A stretch of 64,000 bases of DNA from Octopus vulgaris (lineage: Eukaryota). Under the pieces are notes generated by a model. That model was not told where the DNA came from, searched no databases, and saw only the letters and a list, made by a program, of their open reading frames with translations. Both the position numbers and the translations under genes were made by a program. The stretch is taken from NCBI GenBank assembly GCA_951406725.2, contig OX597821.1, positions 117,800,001 through 117,864,000 of the forward strand. Reading direction: 5' to 3'. This document shows positions 26,954 through 39,610 of this stretch, one piece after another. Numbering within the stretch: the first letter of the stretch is position 1; every line of letters starts with the position of its first letter.

Positions 26954-27256
26954 CAGAAAGAGAGAGAGAGAGAGAGTCACAGGCAGATTTAGATATAAAT
27001 ATATGTCTGACTGTTGGTCTGCATGTATGTTATATTCTGTTTCAAGCCTAGATATTGGCAACACTTTAATGGGTGACAAGAAGACTAGAAATGACTGAAT
27101 CAGTTGTCCTGAATGGAGGTGGCAGAAGAGAAGCCACCTGGAGAGAACAGAAGCCATTGTAGTAGTAGTGGAACAATTAGTTTGAGGAGACAATTCATCT
27201 GCTTTGAACTGTAATGTATTAATTGATCAAAATTTGGTTAGGAAAAATAACAATTA

Positions 27257-27650
27257 CTAGCAGTATCGCCCGGTGTTGCTCAGGTTTGTTTTGACCCTTT
27301 AGAATTGGAATTTTTGAAAAGTAAAAATTCTGCATTATGCAGCTTGTTATTCTCTTTAAGTGAACATTTTTCTGGTTGAAATACACCGCAAAATGGTGAC
27401 ACAGCAGTCAAAAAATCGTAAAAAATAGGGATTTTCATAGAAAAAAAAAAGCACCTTTTTGATGCAAATAATTTTTGGTGTTAACATGGTCCGATTTAAA
27501 GTTTTTTTCTACAGAAGGAAGAGCAAGCCTTCTTCTATCATACTCTCAATTTTGGTCAACTTGCACCACAGGGTCTCGGAGGAGATAGTCTTAGTTGAAG
27601 GCTACTGAACCTGCCATACACAGACAACTTCAGCTTTATATATAGAGAGA
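27257..27650 (-). mobile_element. Non-autonomous Helitron, second copy in inverted orientation
   Basis: Reverse complement of 25513-25902 with the same termini. Confidence 0.75.
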
Positions 27651-27707
27651 TTAATGTAAGAAGAAAATCAATAAACAGATATGAAGTTTTTTTTTTATAA
27701 TTATCTT

Positions 27708-27849
27708 TTATTTTTCTTCTTTTCTTTCTTGGAATGGTTCCAAAATTTCAGTATGATGTTCTTTAAACCAATCACTGAGCATTCTCAAACCAAATTCTTT
27801 TCGAAGCAGGTTACATTGTTTATGACTATTCTTAATGACATCATTCATC
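27708..27849 (-). CDS. Uncharacterised small protein, coding exon 3 to stop
   Basis: Long polypyrimidine tract + ccag; phase 2 gives (R)MNDVIKNSHKQCNLLRKEFGLRMLSDWFKEHHTEILEPFQERKEEK*. Confidence 0.6.
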
Positions 27850-30800
27850 CTGGAAGTAAAATAATGAAAGAAAAAAAAAGAAAAAAAAGATCATTAAGGC
27901 TTGAGAACAGGTGTTGAGGAAAATGGTGTTGCCATTGTCAAAATTTTTACGTCTACTTTTCCATATTTGTGCGGCTCAGACAGTGTTTATTGAAGCAGAA
28001 TTTTTCTTATTTGGATGCCTTTCCTGTTGCCAACCCTCACCTGTTTTTGAGCAAGGTAATATTTTCCCAGAATCCCAGACATGTTTCTGTAGAACATTGA
28101 AAATCATTGACACTGCTTGTATGATAAGATTCATTTCCAACTATCAGGTGTCCACTCACACACACACACACACACACATGCTCATGCACACACATATATA
28201 CATGATCCCTGTGGCTCAACTTTTTATGTCAAACTGCCCAGCCCATGTCAGCATGGAAAAAGGGACTTTAATGGTGATGATGATGATGGTGACAATGATG
28301 ATGAAGCGGATGAATGATGACGATGAATGACAACAACAATGATGATGATGATGACCCTTTATGTTTCAAGTTCAAATCCCACACAGATATTTGTTAAATG
28401 GAGACAGGATAGCTGTGTGGTAAGTAGCTTGCTTACCAACCACATGGTTCCGAGTTCAGTCCCACTGCGTGGCACTTTGGGCAAGTGTCTTCTACTATAG
28501 CCTTGGGCTGACCAAAGCCTTGTGAGTGGATTTGGTAGACGGAAACTGAAAGAAGCCTGTCATATATATGTATATATGTTTGTGTGTTTGTGTTTGTCCC
28601 TCCAACAATGCTTGACAAGCAATGCTGGTGTGTTTATGTCCCCGTAACTTAGCGGTTCGGCAAAAGAGACCGATAGAATAAGTACTAGGCTTACAAAGAA
28701 TAAGTCCTGGGGTCGATTTGGACGACTAAAGGTGGTGCTCCAGCATGGCCACAGTCAAATGACTGAAACAAGTAAAAGAGTATAGAAGTATGTCGTATAT
28801 ACATGTGTGTGTGTGTGTATGTGTGTGTATGTGCGTGTGTGTGTGTAAGAACATGGAAAAGTGAACATTAAAACTGATGACAGGGTTAAGCCAGAGAACA
28901 TCTCAAGAAATGTTTCCGTTGGCCCTGATGTGGTGTAGTGTCAAATTAATTAATTAATTAATAAGTATTAAAAATTCCAAACACTGTCACCAAACAGAAA
29001 CAATTGTTACCTTGGTGAACTTTGGATTAAACAGTGGATAATGCTTTTTGTAGAAATGACATGGATCTCAAATATTTCATTCGTGTTACGACAGGAAGTA
29101 GATGCATCTTTATAGATGCTAAATAACAAGAGCCATACACAAAATGGACCAAATAACCAAAAGGCATGAGGCATGGTTATCACCATCATGTCTTTCAAAC
29201 CAAACTACATTACTGCATGTGTCGTATTTTGAATCTTTAGATTGGTAGGGTGTGGCTAGAACAAGTTCTGTTTTAGGTAGGTTGAACGACTGACCAAGAA
29301 GGACCCTCCCACCAGACACTGGTGAAAGACTTACAATGGTTTTTAGTTTAGTCTAATATTATTAATAATAATAATAATAATAATAATGAAATTATTGTAT
29401 ACAGTGCTCAGGTGCACCACAACTTGTCAAAAGTGCGTGTAAAGCATATGCAGTAATGTACAAATGTCTGGAAAGTGAACAGTGTATGAGTCAGATATAT
29501 GCTTGTGTGTGTATGGAGGGGAGAAAATCAGGTGTAGTCAGACATACATCTATATATTTAATCACTTTAACCAGAGAAATACAAGGTGTTAGGTGCCAGA
29601 ACCACAAGGGTGTCTGATAAAATACCTTGAAATATTTCGTGTGTGTGTGTGTGTGCAGGTATAACAAAATACAAATGTACTGAGTGAAAGATTGGGCATA
29701 AGAGGCATCAGATGTGGTGTGTAGGAGAAAAGAATGCTTTGGTATGGGAATATGATGCGGATGGATAAGAACAGCTGTATAAAGAAATGCCAATTGCTGA
29801 ACGTAGAAAGGGCCAGTAAAAAGGGGAAGACCCAGGAAGACGTAGGAAAACGTGGCAAAGACTGACCTCAAGATGTTGAGTCTCTCAGAGGAAATGATGG
29901 GTGGAACCGGGATGGTGATATATTGTGCTTGAGAAGACCTGTCCATCTTAGCAAAACTTAGGTATTGTCTCACCTCTTCCCACGTATCTCTACTATTGTT
30001 CTTTGTCACTTGTCTCTTTCCTTCATTTCCCATCTCCAAAACTGATATTTTCTGCATCCAACTTAATCTAATCCTCAATCACACTGTTCACCCCAGTACA
30101 CTTAACTACCCGCCCACATTTTCTGTTCCTTTATCCCTATTCTCTCTCTCTCTCTCTCTCATATTCACTTTGTGCCTTGATCTCCCATCACTCTCTCTTT
30201 CTGTTTCTTTCCATACGGGGGAAGCCATGTCTTCACCTTTTCAGCAAGATACTTGCTCTCATCCTTCAATCATTCTTTCTTATCCCTCAGTATTATACCA
30301 TACTCAGTTGAGAATCTTGTCTTGTGGGTACTTGGTAACCTCACCAGTGTTGGTGCCATGAAAAAGCATCCAGTACATTCTGTGATGTTGTTACCATTAA
30401 AAAGAGCATCCAGCTATAGAAACCGTTCCAAAGCAGACACTGGATCTCAGCGCAGCTCTGGGGCTCATCTTTTCATGTTGAACTGTCTAACTCATGCTAG
30501 CATGAAAAAGGGACTTAAGTGGTGATGATTATAATGATGATGACGATGATGGTGATGACAATGACCTTTCCTTTTTTGAGTTTAAAACCCACATAGATCA
30601 ACTTTGCTTTTCATCCCTTCTTGGATGATAAATTAGAAAAGTTGGGATTGTTATAATTGACTTCCTTCTAATGATGTAGCTACTAGAGGAATAAGGGCTG
30701 CAACTGCTCCCCAACCCCCAGGCACACTTTTCAAAATTGGCGCCACTTTAACGATTTTTCCCCCCTCCAGTTCTGAGTTTCATACATAATGACATTGTTA

Positions 30801-30930
30801 TTGAAACATGAAATTAATGAATATTGGATGCAATTACATATATTATAACTAATGAAATATTTTGCGTAATATAAGGGAAATGGGTTAAAAATTGCTCAGT
30901 ATTAGTAAAAAAATATTTTCTCTGGTTCAC

Positions 30931-31010
30931 CTTCGAGTTTCAGAAAGAGCCCTTTCAAAGAACTGGTTAATTTTGATGGAATCTATCTGGTCATTATTCA
31001 GGTTTTCTTG
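30931..31010 (-). CDS. Uncharacterised small protein, coding exon 2
   Basis: tag acceptor; QENLNNDQIDSIKINQFFERALSETR; phase-2 donor AG|gtgaac. Confidence 0.6.
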
Positions 31011-31274
31011 CTATATTAAAGTGAAACAAAGTAATCTTAAAACAACGGTATATCAAGGCAAGTTTGAAATTTATAAACTAAGCGCAAATGGGGAGTTACG
31101 AGGCTCATGCTTTTCTCATCTGAGAATAACGCATTTTATAACTTCTTCATTAAATCACTACAAAGAACCGTCAGCTACAGGGAATGAATTTAATATTTCA
31201 ATAAAGCATCCTAGATACTAATGAAATGATTATAGAAGATGAAGGGGAAATAGACTGCCGTCTTAAATCCTCAC

Positions 31275-31373
31275 CTGCTGACGATAGAACTCGTCTCGGA
31301 TGAACGCCTCTAAACTGCTGTCATAATTAAACATTACACCCTTTGATTCGGTCTCATTGTTTTCTTGATTCAT
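31275..31373 (-). CDS. Uncharacterised small protein, coding exon 1
   Basis: MNQENNETESKGVMFNYDSSLEAFIRDEFYRQQ followed by a phase-0 donor CAG|gtgagg. Confidence 0.6.
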
Positions 31374-33429
31374 TTTTAAAAAATGAACTCAAGATTTTAA
31401 GTTGATTATATTTACTACGAACAGCAATTAATTTAACATTTGTTTACAACCCTGAGCCTACATAGAAATCTGTTGTCAAGTAAGTGATGATTTATAGCCG
31501 AACTTTCGTACATCAATAAGCAACAACTTCATCAGTAGAAAAGGATAAATCCAGCCTGTGAGATTCCTCGACAGCATATGAATTTTATCGAAATAAATGA
31601 TAATAATTGATTATAAAAATTTATTTGTTGAAAATAAATAACAGAATAAGCGAAAAAAAAAAAATCACATTACTTCAAGTTGTAATGAATAAAAAATTGA
31701 AAAGATATAATTTTATTACGTCACTAAATATTATTAATGGTGAAAACGTCTTTGCTTCAGGGGAATAATTTACTAACTGTTTCAAGGCTTCATGCATTTC
31801 GTACGCCAACATTTGGTACTTTATACAAAATGACTTACATCCTTAGAAATTAAAAATTTCAAGTACGCAGTTCTAGTTTACAATTTCTTATATATAAAAT
31901 AAATCACGCTGGTGATTATTAGTTTATAGAATAAGTTATTTAGACAGTAGAGATATTATTTTCGGTCTTTTTTTCTCAAATATCTATCAGCATATTTTAA
32001 TATTTGAAGACTTATTAAGGCGGCGAGCTGGCAGAAACGTTAGCATGCCGGGCGAAATGCTTAGCAGTATTTTGTCTGCCGTTACGTTCTGAGTTCAAAA
32101 TCCGCCGAGGTCGACTTGACCTTCCATCCTTTCGCAGTCGATAAATTAAGTCGATTACATCGACTTAATCTGTTTGTCCCCTGTGTTTAGCCCCTTGTGG
32201 GTAATAAAGAAATAAGTATTTAGTCTACCGCTACGTTCTGAGTTCAAATTCCACCGAGGTCGACTTTGCCTTTCATCCTTTTGGAGCTGATTAAATAGTA
32301 CCAGTTACGCACTGGAGTCGATGTATCGACTTAATCCGTTTGTCTGTTCTTGTTTGTTCCTTCTGTGTTTAGCCCCTTGTGGGTAGTAAAGACATAGGTA
32401 TTTTGTCTATCTTTACGTTGTGAGTTCTAATTCCGCCGAGGTCGACTTGGCTTTCATCCTTTCGGAGTCAGTAAATTAAGTACCAGTTGCGTACTGAGGT
32501 CGATCTAATCGACTGCCGCTTCCCCCAAAATTTCGGGCCTCGTGTCTACAATAGAAAAGAATATTTGAAAACTCATCAACTTCTGAAACCTATTCAAGTT
32601 AGACAACTTTGGGTTTCACAGACAAGGGACGTAACTCTTGACCGCAACGCTTGTGAATCTCTTGAAAAATGTTTCGGTTAAAACCAAAAGACAGCACTAA
32701 TAGTTCTTCATGTGAGGGTTGCGAGCTTCTGCCGAGGTCGACTTTGCCTTTCATCCTTTCTGGGTCGATAAATTAAGTACTAGTTATGCACTGGGGTCGA
32801 TGTAATCGTCTTAATCCCTTTGTCTCTCCTTGTTTGTCCCCTCTGTGTTTAGCCCCTTGTGGGTAGAAAAGAAATAAGAATTGTTAGCAGACCGGAAATG
32901 ATGCTTTGCAGCATTTCTTCTGGCTTTTTATATTCAAAGATCAGATTCTACCGAGGCCGACTTTGCTTTTCAACCTTTCGGAGTCGATAAAATAAGTAGC
33001 AGATAAGCACTTCCGTTGATAAAATGAACTTGCCCCTTCCCCTCAAAATTTCAGGTTATGTTCCTATAGTAACTGTCTTTTAACCCTTTCGTTACTGCAT
33101 TTATTCTGAGATGCTCTGTGTTTTTTCAATTACTTTAAATATAACAAAGAATTTAGTGAATTAACTTAGTTATCGTTAAGCTAGTGTTAGGAACATAAAT
33201 TGTGACTAAGGTTTTGTGGAAGATTTTAATTCAAAACTTATGAAAACAAGACATTTGTACTACAGGGCCAGGGTCGGTTTCAGCCGGGTTGGTAACGAAA
33301 GGGTAAAGGGCAATTGCTTATGCTATAATGTCGTGTATAACTATACCTTACTCCTGCACGGACCCACTCCGCGAGAATTTACATTCGTTGCACGATTGAT
33401 ATCATGTGTCGTTATCTTGCATGTATGAC

Positions 33430-33700
33430 CACTTTCTCAAGTACTTGTAGAAAGTAATCTTCCTCTCTCGCCACCCACGACCACCACCTCAAAGCCGAGG
33501 GTATCCTCCATAACATTTCTCACTTCATAATTCGTGGTGAATTCCTTACACGAGAAGCCGACAGCCTTTCAAATTGTTTTGCCGTAAATCATTCACTGTA
33601 TTAAGCCAGAATGAAATTTCCCTTCTTAATCGATCCTCTGACATAATTTCCACGCGCAGGTATAAGTTCTGCAAAATTCTCATTACCATAAATCCTTCTG
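33430..33700 (+). pseudogene. Decayed 3' fragment of a Penelope/Poseidon-type endonuclease
   Basis: ISLLNRSSDIISTRRYKF resembles the LLNKRSELISKCRH end of Poseidon-type ORFs. Confidence 0.4.
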
Positions 33701-34429
33701 TTCCAGCCTTAGGAACTAAGCCTCCCTATATATACTTTACCTTTAATGATACTTCCCTCTGAACGACAAAACTTCTACCCTGTCCATTTAGGACTTCCCC
33801 ACTTTTCTCCTCTTTCCCCTCCTCTCTCGCATGCGCGCCGTACATCCTTGCCCTCTCCTACCACTCTACTGACCTGTATCTCCGGTGCGAACGACGCATT
33901 ATTTGCATCTCCTATATTTTCTGCTTCAGTCTCTTCTTTCCTTATATTTGCATTTGACATTAAATCATTACCTAGCACCCGCTCCCTTCTCTATCTCCAC
34001 TATTTACTACCGTCCAGTATATCTGGCTATTACCTACTTTTCGATAGACAGTAGGATGTTTTGAGGGAGATTTGACTGCTATTTCTACCAGGTCTAGCTA
34101 CCATGTAGAGGTCTCCCTCATTGGCTCATACATAATACATACATAATACATACATACATACATACATACATAATACATACATACATACATAAAACAGTAG
34201 GGCGTGATTCAAAAGAAATTTGGCTGTTATTTCTACTAGGTCTGGTTACCATGTAGACGTCTCCCTCATTGGCTCATCTAATATATAAAATCCGTTCTAT
34301 CTGTTTCTTGTGCGCTTATAACTCAAGTATTGGTCATCTGATCACGCTGAAATTTTAAACTTAGATACATGAGAGAGCGGAGTATGTGTGATAATACTTT
34401 CAGTTTGAAAGAAGTCTGTCCAAGATATA

Positions 34430-35062
34430 TATTCCTTGAAAAGTCCCCTCTACTCGGACTTGGCCAGGAAGTACTCTCCCTTCCTTACTTTCAACTCCCC
34501 CTATTCGGAACTTCCCAGAAAGTCCCCCTCCTCGGACTTTTCCAGGAAGCACACACTCCACTATTTCCCCTTCAACTCCCTTCCTTGGAACTTTCCAGGA
34601 AGTCTCCCTCATTGGAATTTTCCAAGAAGGACTCCCTCGCCTGCCTCCCCTTCATACATCCCTCCTCAAAACTGTTCAGGAAGTCCCCCTCCTTGAACTT
34701 CTCCAGGAAGTAGTCCCTCCACTTTCTCCTTTCAACTCTCACACCTCGGAACTCTGCAGGAAGTCTCCCTCTTCGGAATTTTCCAGAAAGTACTCCCTAT
34801 CCTCTTCAAACCCTTCATCGGAACTTTCCAGGAACCTCCACCTCGGACATTTCCAAGTACTCCCTCGCCTTCAAACCTCCTCCTCGGATATTTCCGGGAA
34901 ATATACACTCCACTGCTTCCCCCATCGACTCCCTACCTTGGAACTTTCCAGGAAGTCACACTGCTCGGACTTTTCCAGGACGTACTGCAGCCCCTTCCTC
35001 CCCTCAACTGCCCATCATCGGAGCTTTCCAGGAAGTCCCTCTCTTCGGAATTTTTCAGGAAG
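34430..35062 (+). repeat. Degenerate C-rich minisatellite built on GGAACTTTCCAGGAAG
   Basis: More than ten imperfect copies of the motif; inverted partial copy at 37441-37525. Confidence 0.8.
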
Positions 35063-36135
35063 TATTGAACCAAACTCCGTGCATAGCATTTGGAAGAGAC
35101 CGAAAGAGGTCGAAATCCGTTGGTGCCAAATCAGGAGAGTACGGCAGGTGTGACAACACTTCCCAGCCATGCGTTTAAATGGCATCCTTGGTCATATTGG
35201 CGATATGAGGGCGGGTGTTGTCGTGCAGCAGAAGAACTCTATGCTGCCGATTAGGTCTTTTCCTTTGAATAGCCGTGTAGAGTCGTTCCATCTGTTGAAC
35301 ATAGAGTTCCGCGTTGGTTCCGTTCAAGCAATTCGTAATGGATAATCCCTTTCCAGTCCCACCATACGCACATCGTTTTACGCGGATGGAGATCTTGTTT
35401 CACGCGCGGTGTCGCTTGTTTACCGGGGATAAGCCATTCCTTAAGCTGCTTCATATTGATGTATAGGCACCACTTTTTGTTGCCAGTAACGATTCGGTAA
35501 AGAAATCGTTGCTTGTGTCCATGAGTTGAGCGGTGCCGAGCAAGCAAAGCAGCGGAGATTGTGGCTCGTTGATTTTTGTTGTTGTCACTTAAAGCATGCG
35601 GATCCCATGCTCCATACTTCTGAACCTTTCCCATCGAGTGAAGATGCTTCTCTATAGCAGTGTGGGAGCATTCCATTTTCTATGTCAGTTCCCTTGTCGT
35701 TAGATGAGGATTTTCGTGCAAAAGTTGGTTTAATTGCTCTTCATCGAACTCAACAGGACGGACAGAACGAGGTGCGTCTCTGAGGTCAAAATTTTCCATT
35801 TTTGAACTTGGCATACCAATCACGAGCGGTTATTTCAGCTATGGCACCCTCTCCATACACAGCACAAATGTCCCGTGCAGCTTTTGCGGCCTTAGAACCT
35901 TGATTAAAATCAAAAAGAAGGTATCGAAAATGCTCGTTTTTCTTAACTTGACATTCCATTTCAATGATCTGAAAATAAACAAAAATTAACTAAAATTAAC
36001 TAGAAAAAAAAAAAACAAAACAAAATAGATTCAAAAATGATTAAAAAACAGAAGTCTCAAAAAAATAAAAAAAGATTGCAAAATTTAAAAACGCAATAAA
36101 TTCCAAAGACAGCGGTAACTTGGTTGCCAACCCAA
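35062..36135 (-). mobile_element. Decayed mariner, 3'-truncated
   Basis: TA + TTGGGTTGGC TIR at the right end; MECQVKKNEHFR start; WDPHAL, IVTGNKKW, SPDLAPTDF motifs. Confidence 0.85.
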
Positions 36136-36394
36136 TATATAGTTTTAATGGTTGGATATAATTTTATTTTATATACTTTTCTTTTTAAATTTTTAGTCAA
36201 TTAACTTACTGTAATCTTTTTGAAATAATTTTTAACCGATTTTTATATACGTTTTCAGGGCAAGTCCTTTGTATTTTCTATTTTTTTATATATGATTTTT
36301 ATCCGTTTTTCTTTTTACCTTTGAAAGCCATGGTATTATTTATATGTAATGAAGTATAGATGTGTCAACATATAAAGTTCGTTAACCTGAATTT

Positions 36395-36760
36395 TGAGTG
36401 CATGCCGTCAAAATGACACCGGGGTAAAATATACGAAGCCCAGTATACCCATCATGACTAGCCGTCTGATAAGGGTACACTAGGCACATGCATCACAACC
36501 ATATGTGCGCGACATGGTGATCTCATATCAAGATAAACAGCACATGACCTTGCAGGTGAGGCCCAGTTAGAATTTTCTTCTAGTCGAGTAGCCCATCCCG
36601 CTCAAACGGTCCCTGAATAAGGATTGTTTAAGGATGTTGAACGAAACACCCATGTTTCCAGAGGTGAATTATCTCAACCTCAAAGAATCCCTCTCAACAC
36701 ACGGCTATGATGCTCCCCCACTACTTCTGCTCGTGATCAGAGATGCACATATTGTCAAGC
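36395..36760. repeat. Interspersed repeat next to (TAT)n; longer copy at 60450-61005
   Basis: Near-identical ~350-bp blocks at the two sites. Confidence 0.75.
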
Positions 36761-36807
36761 AAAGCTTTGGTATATTATTATCATTATCATTATTATTATC
36801 ATTATTA

Positions 36808-36857
<50 letters not shown>

Positions 36858-38458
36858 TGCATATATTTATTTTATTATAAATGCAAAACAACACCACGGA
36901 GAAATCGACGTAAGCTTAAATAATAAGCCGCGATAGGTTAACCGCGATATAGCGAGGGATTACTGTACATCCATGGTGCCTTTTGATCTACTTAATCAAT
37001 AACTCTTTGATGTGTTTAACGATAAATAAAAAGTTCAATAACAATTGCTTTTAAGGTAATGGAGAATATGGGCTTGTTCATGAACGAAATGGAAAGCTGT
37101 GGCGAAAACAAATCGTGTCCAATCTGGTTAGTATAGGCGTTATATATAAATCGAAATACATTTTAAGAAACCATGAAAATCAATCTGGAATCAATCAAGA
37201 GATAACCATTGCTTTATCGCAGTGTAAAAGTGAAAACAGAAATATCAGTTTGAAATTTGCATAACTGACGCCATCAGGCGATCGTCCTTGAAATTCAAAT
37301 GAGGAACGTTAGGTTCAAACATAAGAGACTGGAATTAAAGGAGAAAAAGTTCTCATTTACTATTAAGGAATTTATCTGCTGGTGTTAGCCTACCATCAAT
37401 AATAATTCCTGCAAAACAGATTACAGTAGACACCAGGATTTAAAGGCGAGGGAATACTTGGAAATGTCCGAGGTGTGGGCTTCCTGGAAAGTTCTGAGGA
37501 GTGGTTTGAAGTGGATAGGGAGTAAGCGATGCACGAGCATATTACACGTGACCCAATGTCATCAGCGTGTATTACAAAGTTTTTAGCGCATTAAAACAGG
37601 TGATATTTAAAGCATCTTCTGAAGAGGCCAGCTGGCAAAATCGGTAGAATTCTGGGCGAAATGCTTAGCGTTCTGAGTTCAAATTCCGCCGAGGTTGACT
37701 TTGCCTTTCATCCTTTCGGGATTAGATCAACTGGGGTTGATCTAATCGACTGGCCCCCTCCCCCAAAATTTCAGGCCTTGTGCCTAGAGTAGAAAAGAAT
37801 ATTTAAAGCATCTTCCAAAGCAGTCAGCTAGCAGAATCGGTAGAATGGTGGGTGAAATGCTTGACAGTATTTCGTCTGCCGCTACGTTCTGAGTTCAAAT
37901 TCCACCGAGGTCGACTTTGCCTTTCATCCTTTCGAAATCGATAAAATAAAAATAAATACCAGTTGAGCACCAGTACCGATGTAATCGACTTACGCCTCCC
38001 CACAAATAACTATCCGTGTGTCAAAATTTGAAACAAATAAGGTGGTGAGCTGGCAGAATCGTTAGCACACCGGGCAAAATGCTTAATGGCATTTCGTCCG
38101 TTTTTACGTTCTGAGTTCAAATGCCTCCGAGGTCGACTTTACCTTTCATCTTTTTAGAGTCGATAAATAAAAAGTACCAGTTGAACACTGGGGGGCGAAC
38201 AAATCGACTAAGCCCCTACCCTGAAATTGCTGGCCTTGTGCCAAAATTTGAAAGCATTAAAAAAAGAACTGTCTTATATACCATCAAATATGGTGCATTT
38301 CTAAGAGCCTTCATCAGCGTCTTGGGGAAATTTCGAACTTGGGTTCTCATTCCTAAAGTATTTTTCGATGTTATTATTATTATTACTAGTTCCGACCCAC
38401 CTCGGGCGAAGAGTAACAAAAATAAAAATCGACCTCGCCCCCCACCCCCGAGCTAGAT

Positions 38459-39571
38459 ATGTCATGGCTGGTGGCAGCTGTCCTCTATGATATAGAGGAC
38501 ACTACCACCATTCTAGATGTCAGGAGAGTGAGGGCGAAAAACTGGTTGGGGATGGGAGTGCTGCTTCTTGCGCAAATTCAGCAAGAGAATATCAGTAAAG
38601 TCCCTGATTTCGTAAGTTTGCCGGACGGCACCAGGCTAAACGTTGCTGTGGAGGGGCGAAAGCCAAAATGTTTCCTCTGCAGCAGCGAAAGCCACTTAAA
38701 GAGGGACTGTCCCATTCACAAAAAGAGGATGGAGGCTTTCAGCAAGAGGCAGCAGCAACAACAACAACAACACAAGCAACAACAACAGAAACAACAAAAA
38801 CAGCAAGAAACACCAAAGGCTTCCACACCACCAACACCATCACCAACACCAGCACCAAGACGAACAACACCACCTCCAACAACAACAACCACCACCAAAC
38901 CAACACCGACACCAGTACCTCGAAGATCAACTGCAGCAACATCAACAGCAACAGGAGCAGCGGCACCACCGATACCGGCAGAACCAAAAACCTTTCGTCC
39001 TGCTACTGAAGCAGACCCCTCAACCATTCCTTTGCCGGATGAAGAGATCTCGGATTGTGCGAGCTCTGATTCCAACAAAGGAGAATGGAACATAGTGCCT
39101 CCAAAGAAGAAAAGGAGGAAAAAACAAAAAGATTTACAGGGGAAGCACGAACAAATAGTACTTCCCAACATCAACAACAACATCAACAACAACACACATT
39201 CACAACAACAAACAACAACAACAACACTTTCGACACCACTACTGCCACTGCCACAGACACAAACAAACACAGACACAATTACACACACAATTACAGCGAT
39301 AAATACAAAAAACCAAGAACTGGTTGAGTATTTGAAAAACAAAACAAGCACAAACATTACAGATTTCATAATACCTACACACAACACACCACCAGCACAC
39401 ATTCTCACAATAAAAATAAACAAAACAGTTTACAACGAAATAAAACAAATATTCCCTAACGATGTGGGATCGTTAGGGAAAAGTTTCTCTAAGAAACTTT
39501 ATAAAAATATTGTTGAAGCACCCGTGCAAAAGCACAAGGGAGCCACCCCCACCACCAACAACAGTAAGTAG
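38459..39571 (+). CDS. LINE ORF1 (partial) with CCHC zinc knuckle
   Basis: CFLCSSESHLKRDC; Q/T/P-rich linker; KKKRRKK basic patch. Confidence 0.8.
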   Translation: MSWLVAAVLYDIEDTTTILDVRRVRAKNWLGMGVLLLAQIQQENISKVPDFVSLPDGTRLNVAVEGRKPKCFLCSSESHLKRDCPIHKKRMEAFSKRQQQQQQQHKQQQQKQQKQQETPKASTPPTPSPTPAPRRTTPPPTTTTTTKPTPTPVPRRSTAATSTATGAAAPPIPAEPKTFRPATEADPSTIPLPDEEISDCASSDSNKGEWNIVPPKKKRRKKQKDLQGKHEQIVLPNINNNINNNTHSQQQTTTTTLSTPLLPLPQTQTNTDTITHTITAINTKNQELVEYLKNKTSTNITDFIIPTHNTPPAHILTIKINKTVYNEIKQIFPNDVGSLGKSFSKKLYKNIVEAPVQKHKGATPTTNNSK

Positions 39572-39610
39572 AGCCTTTTTTCTCCTTTTTTTTTCCCTAA
39601 CTTTTGAAAC

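Noticed and set aside
29007-29320. Possible extra exon of the small minus-strand gene
   Set aside because: It has a phase-2 donor but I found no acceptor giving a phase-compatible open frame
31440-31485. Plus-strand donor GTAAGT as a possible 5'-UTR exon of the PAN gene (bidirectional promoter)
   Set aside because: A lone splice motif ~18 kb from the acceptor; unsupported without transcript data
34430-35062. CRISPR-like repeat-spacer array
   Set aside because: Spacers resemble each other, repeats are degenerate, no cas genes, eukaryotic context
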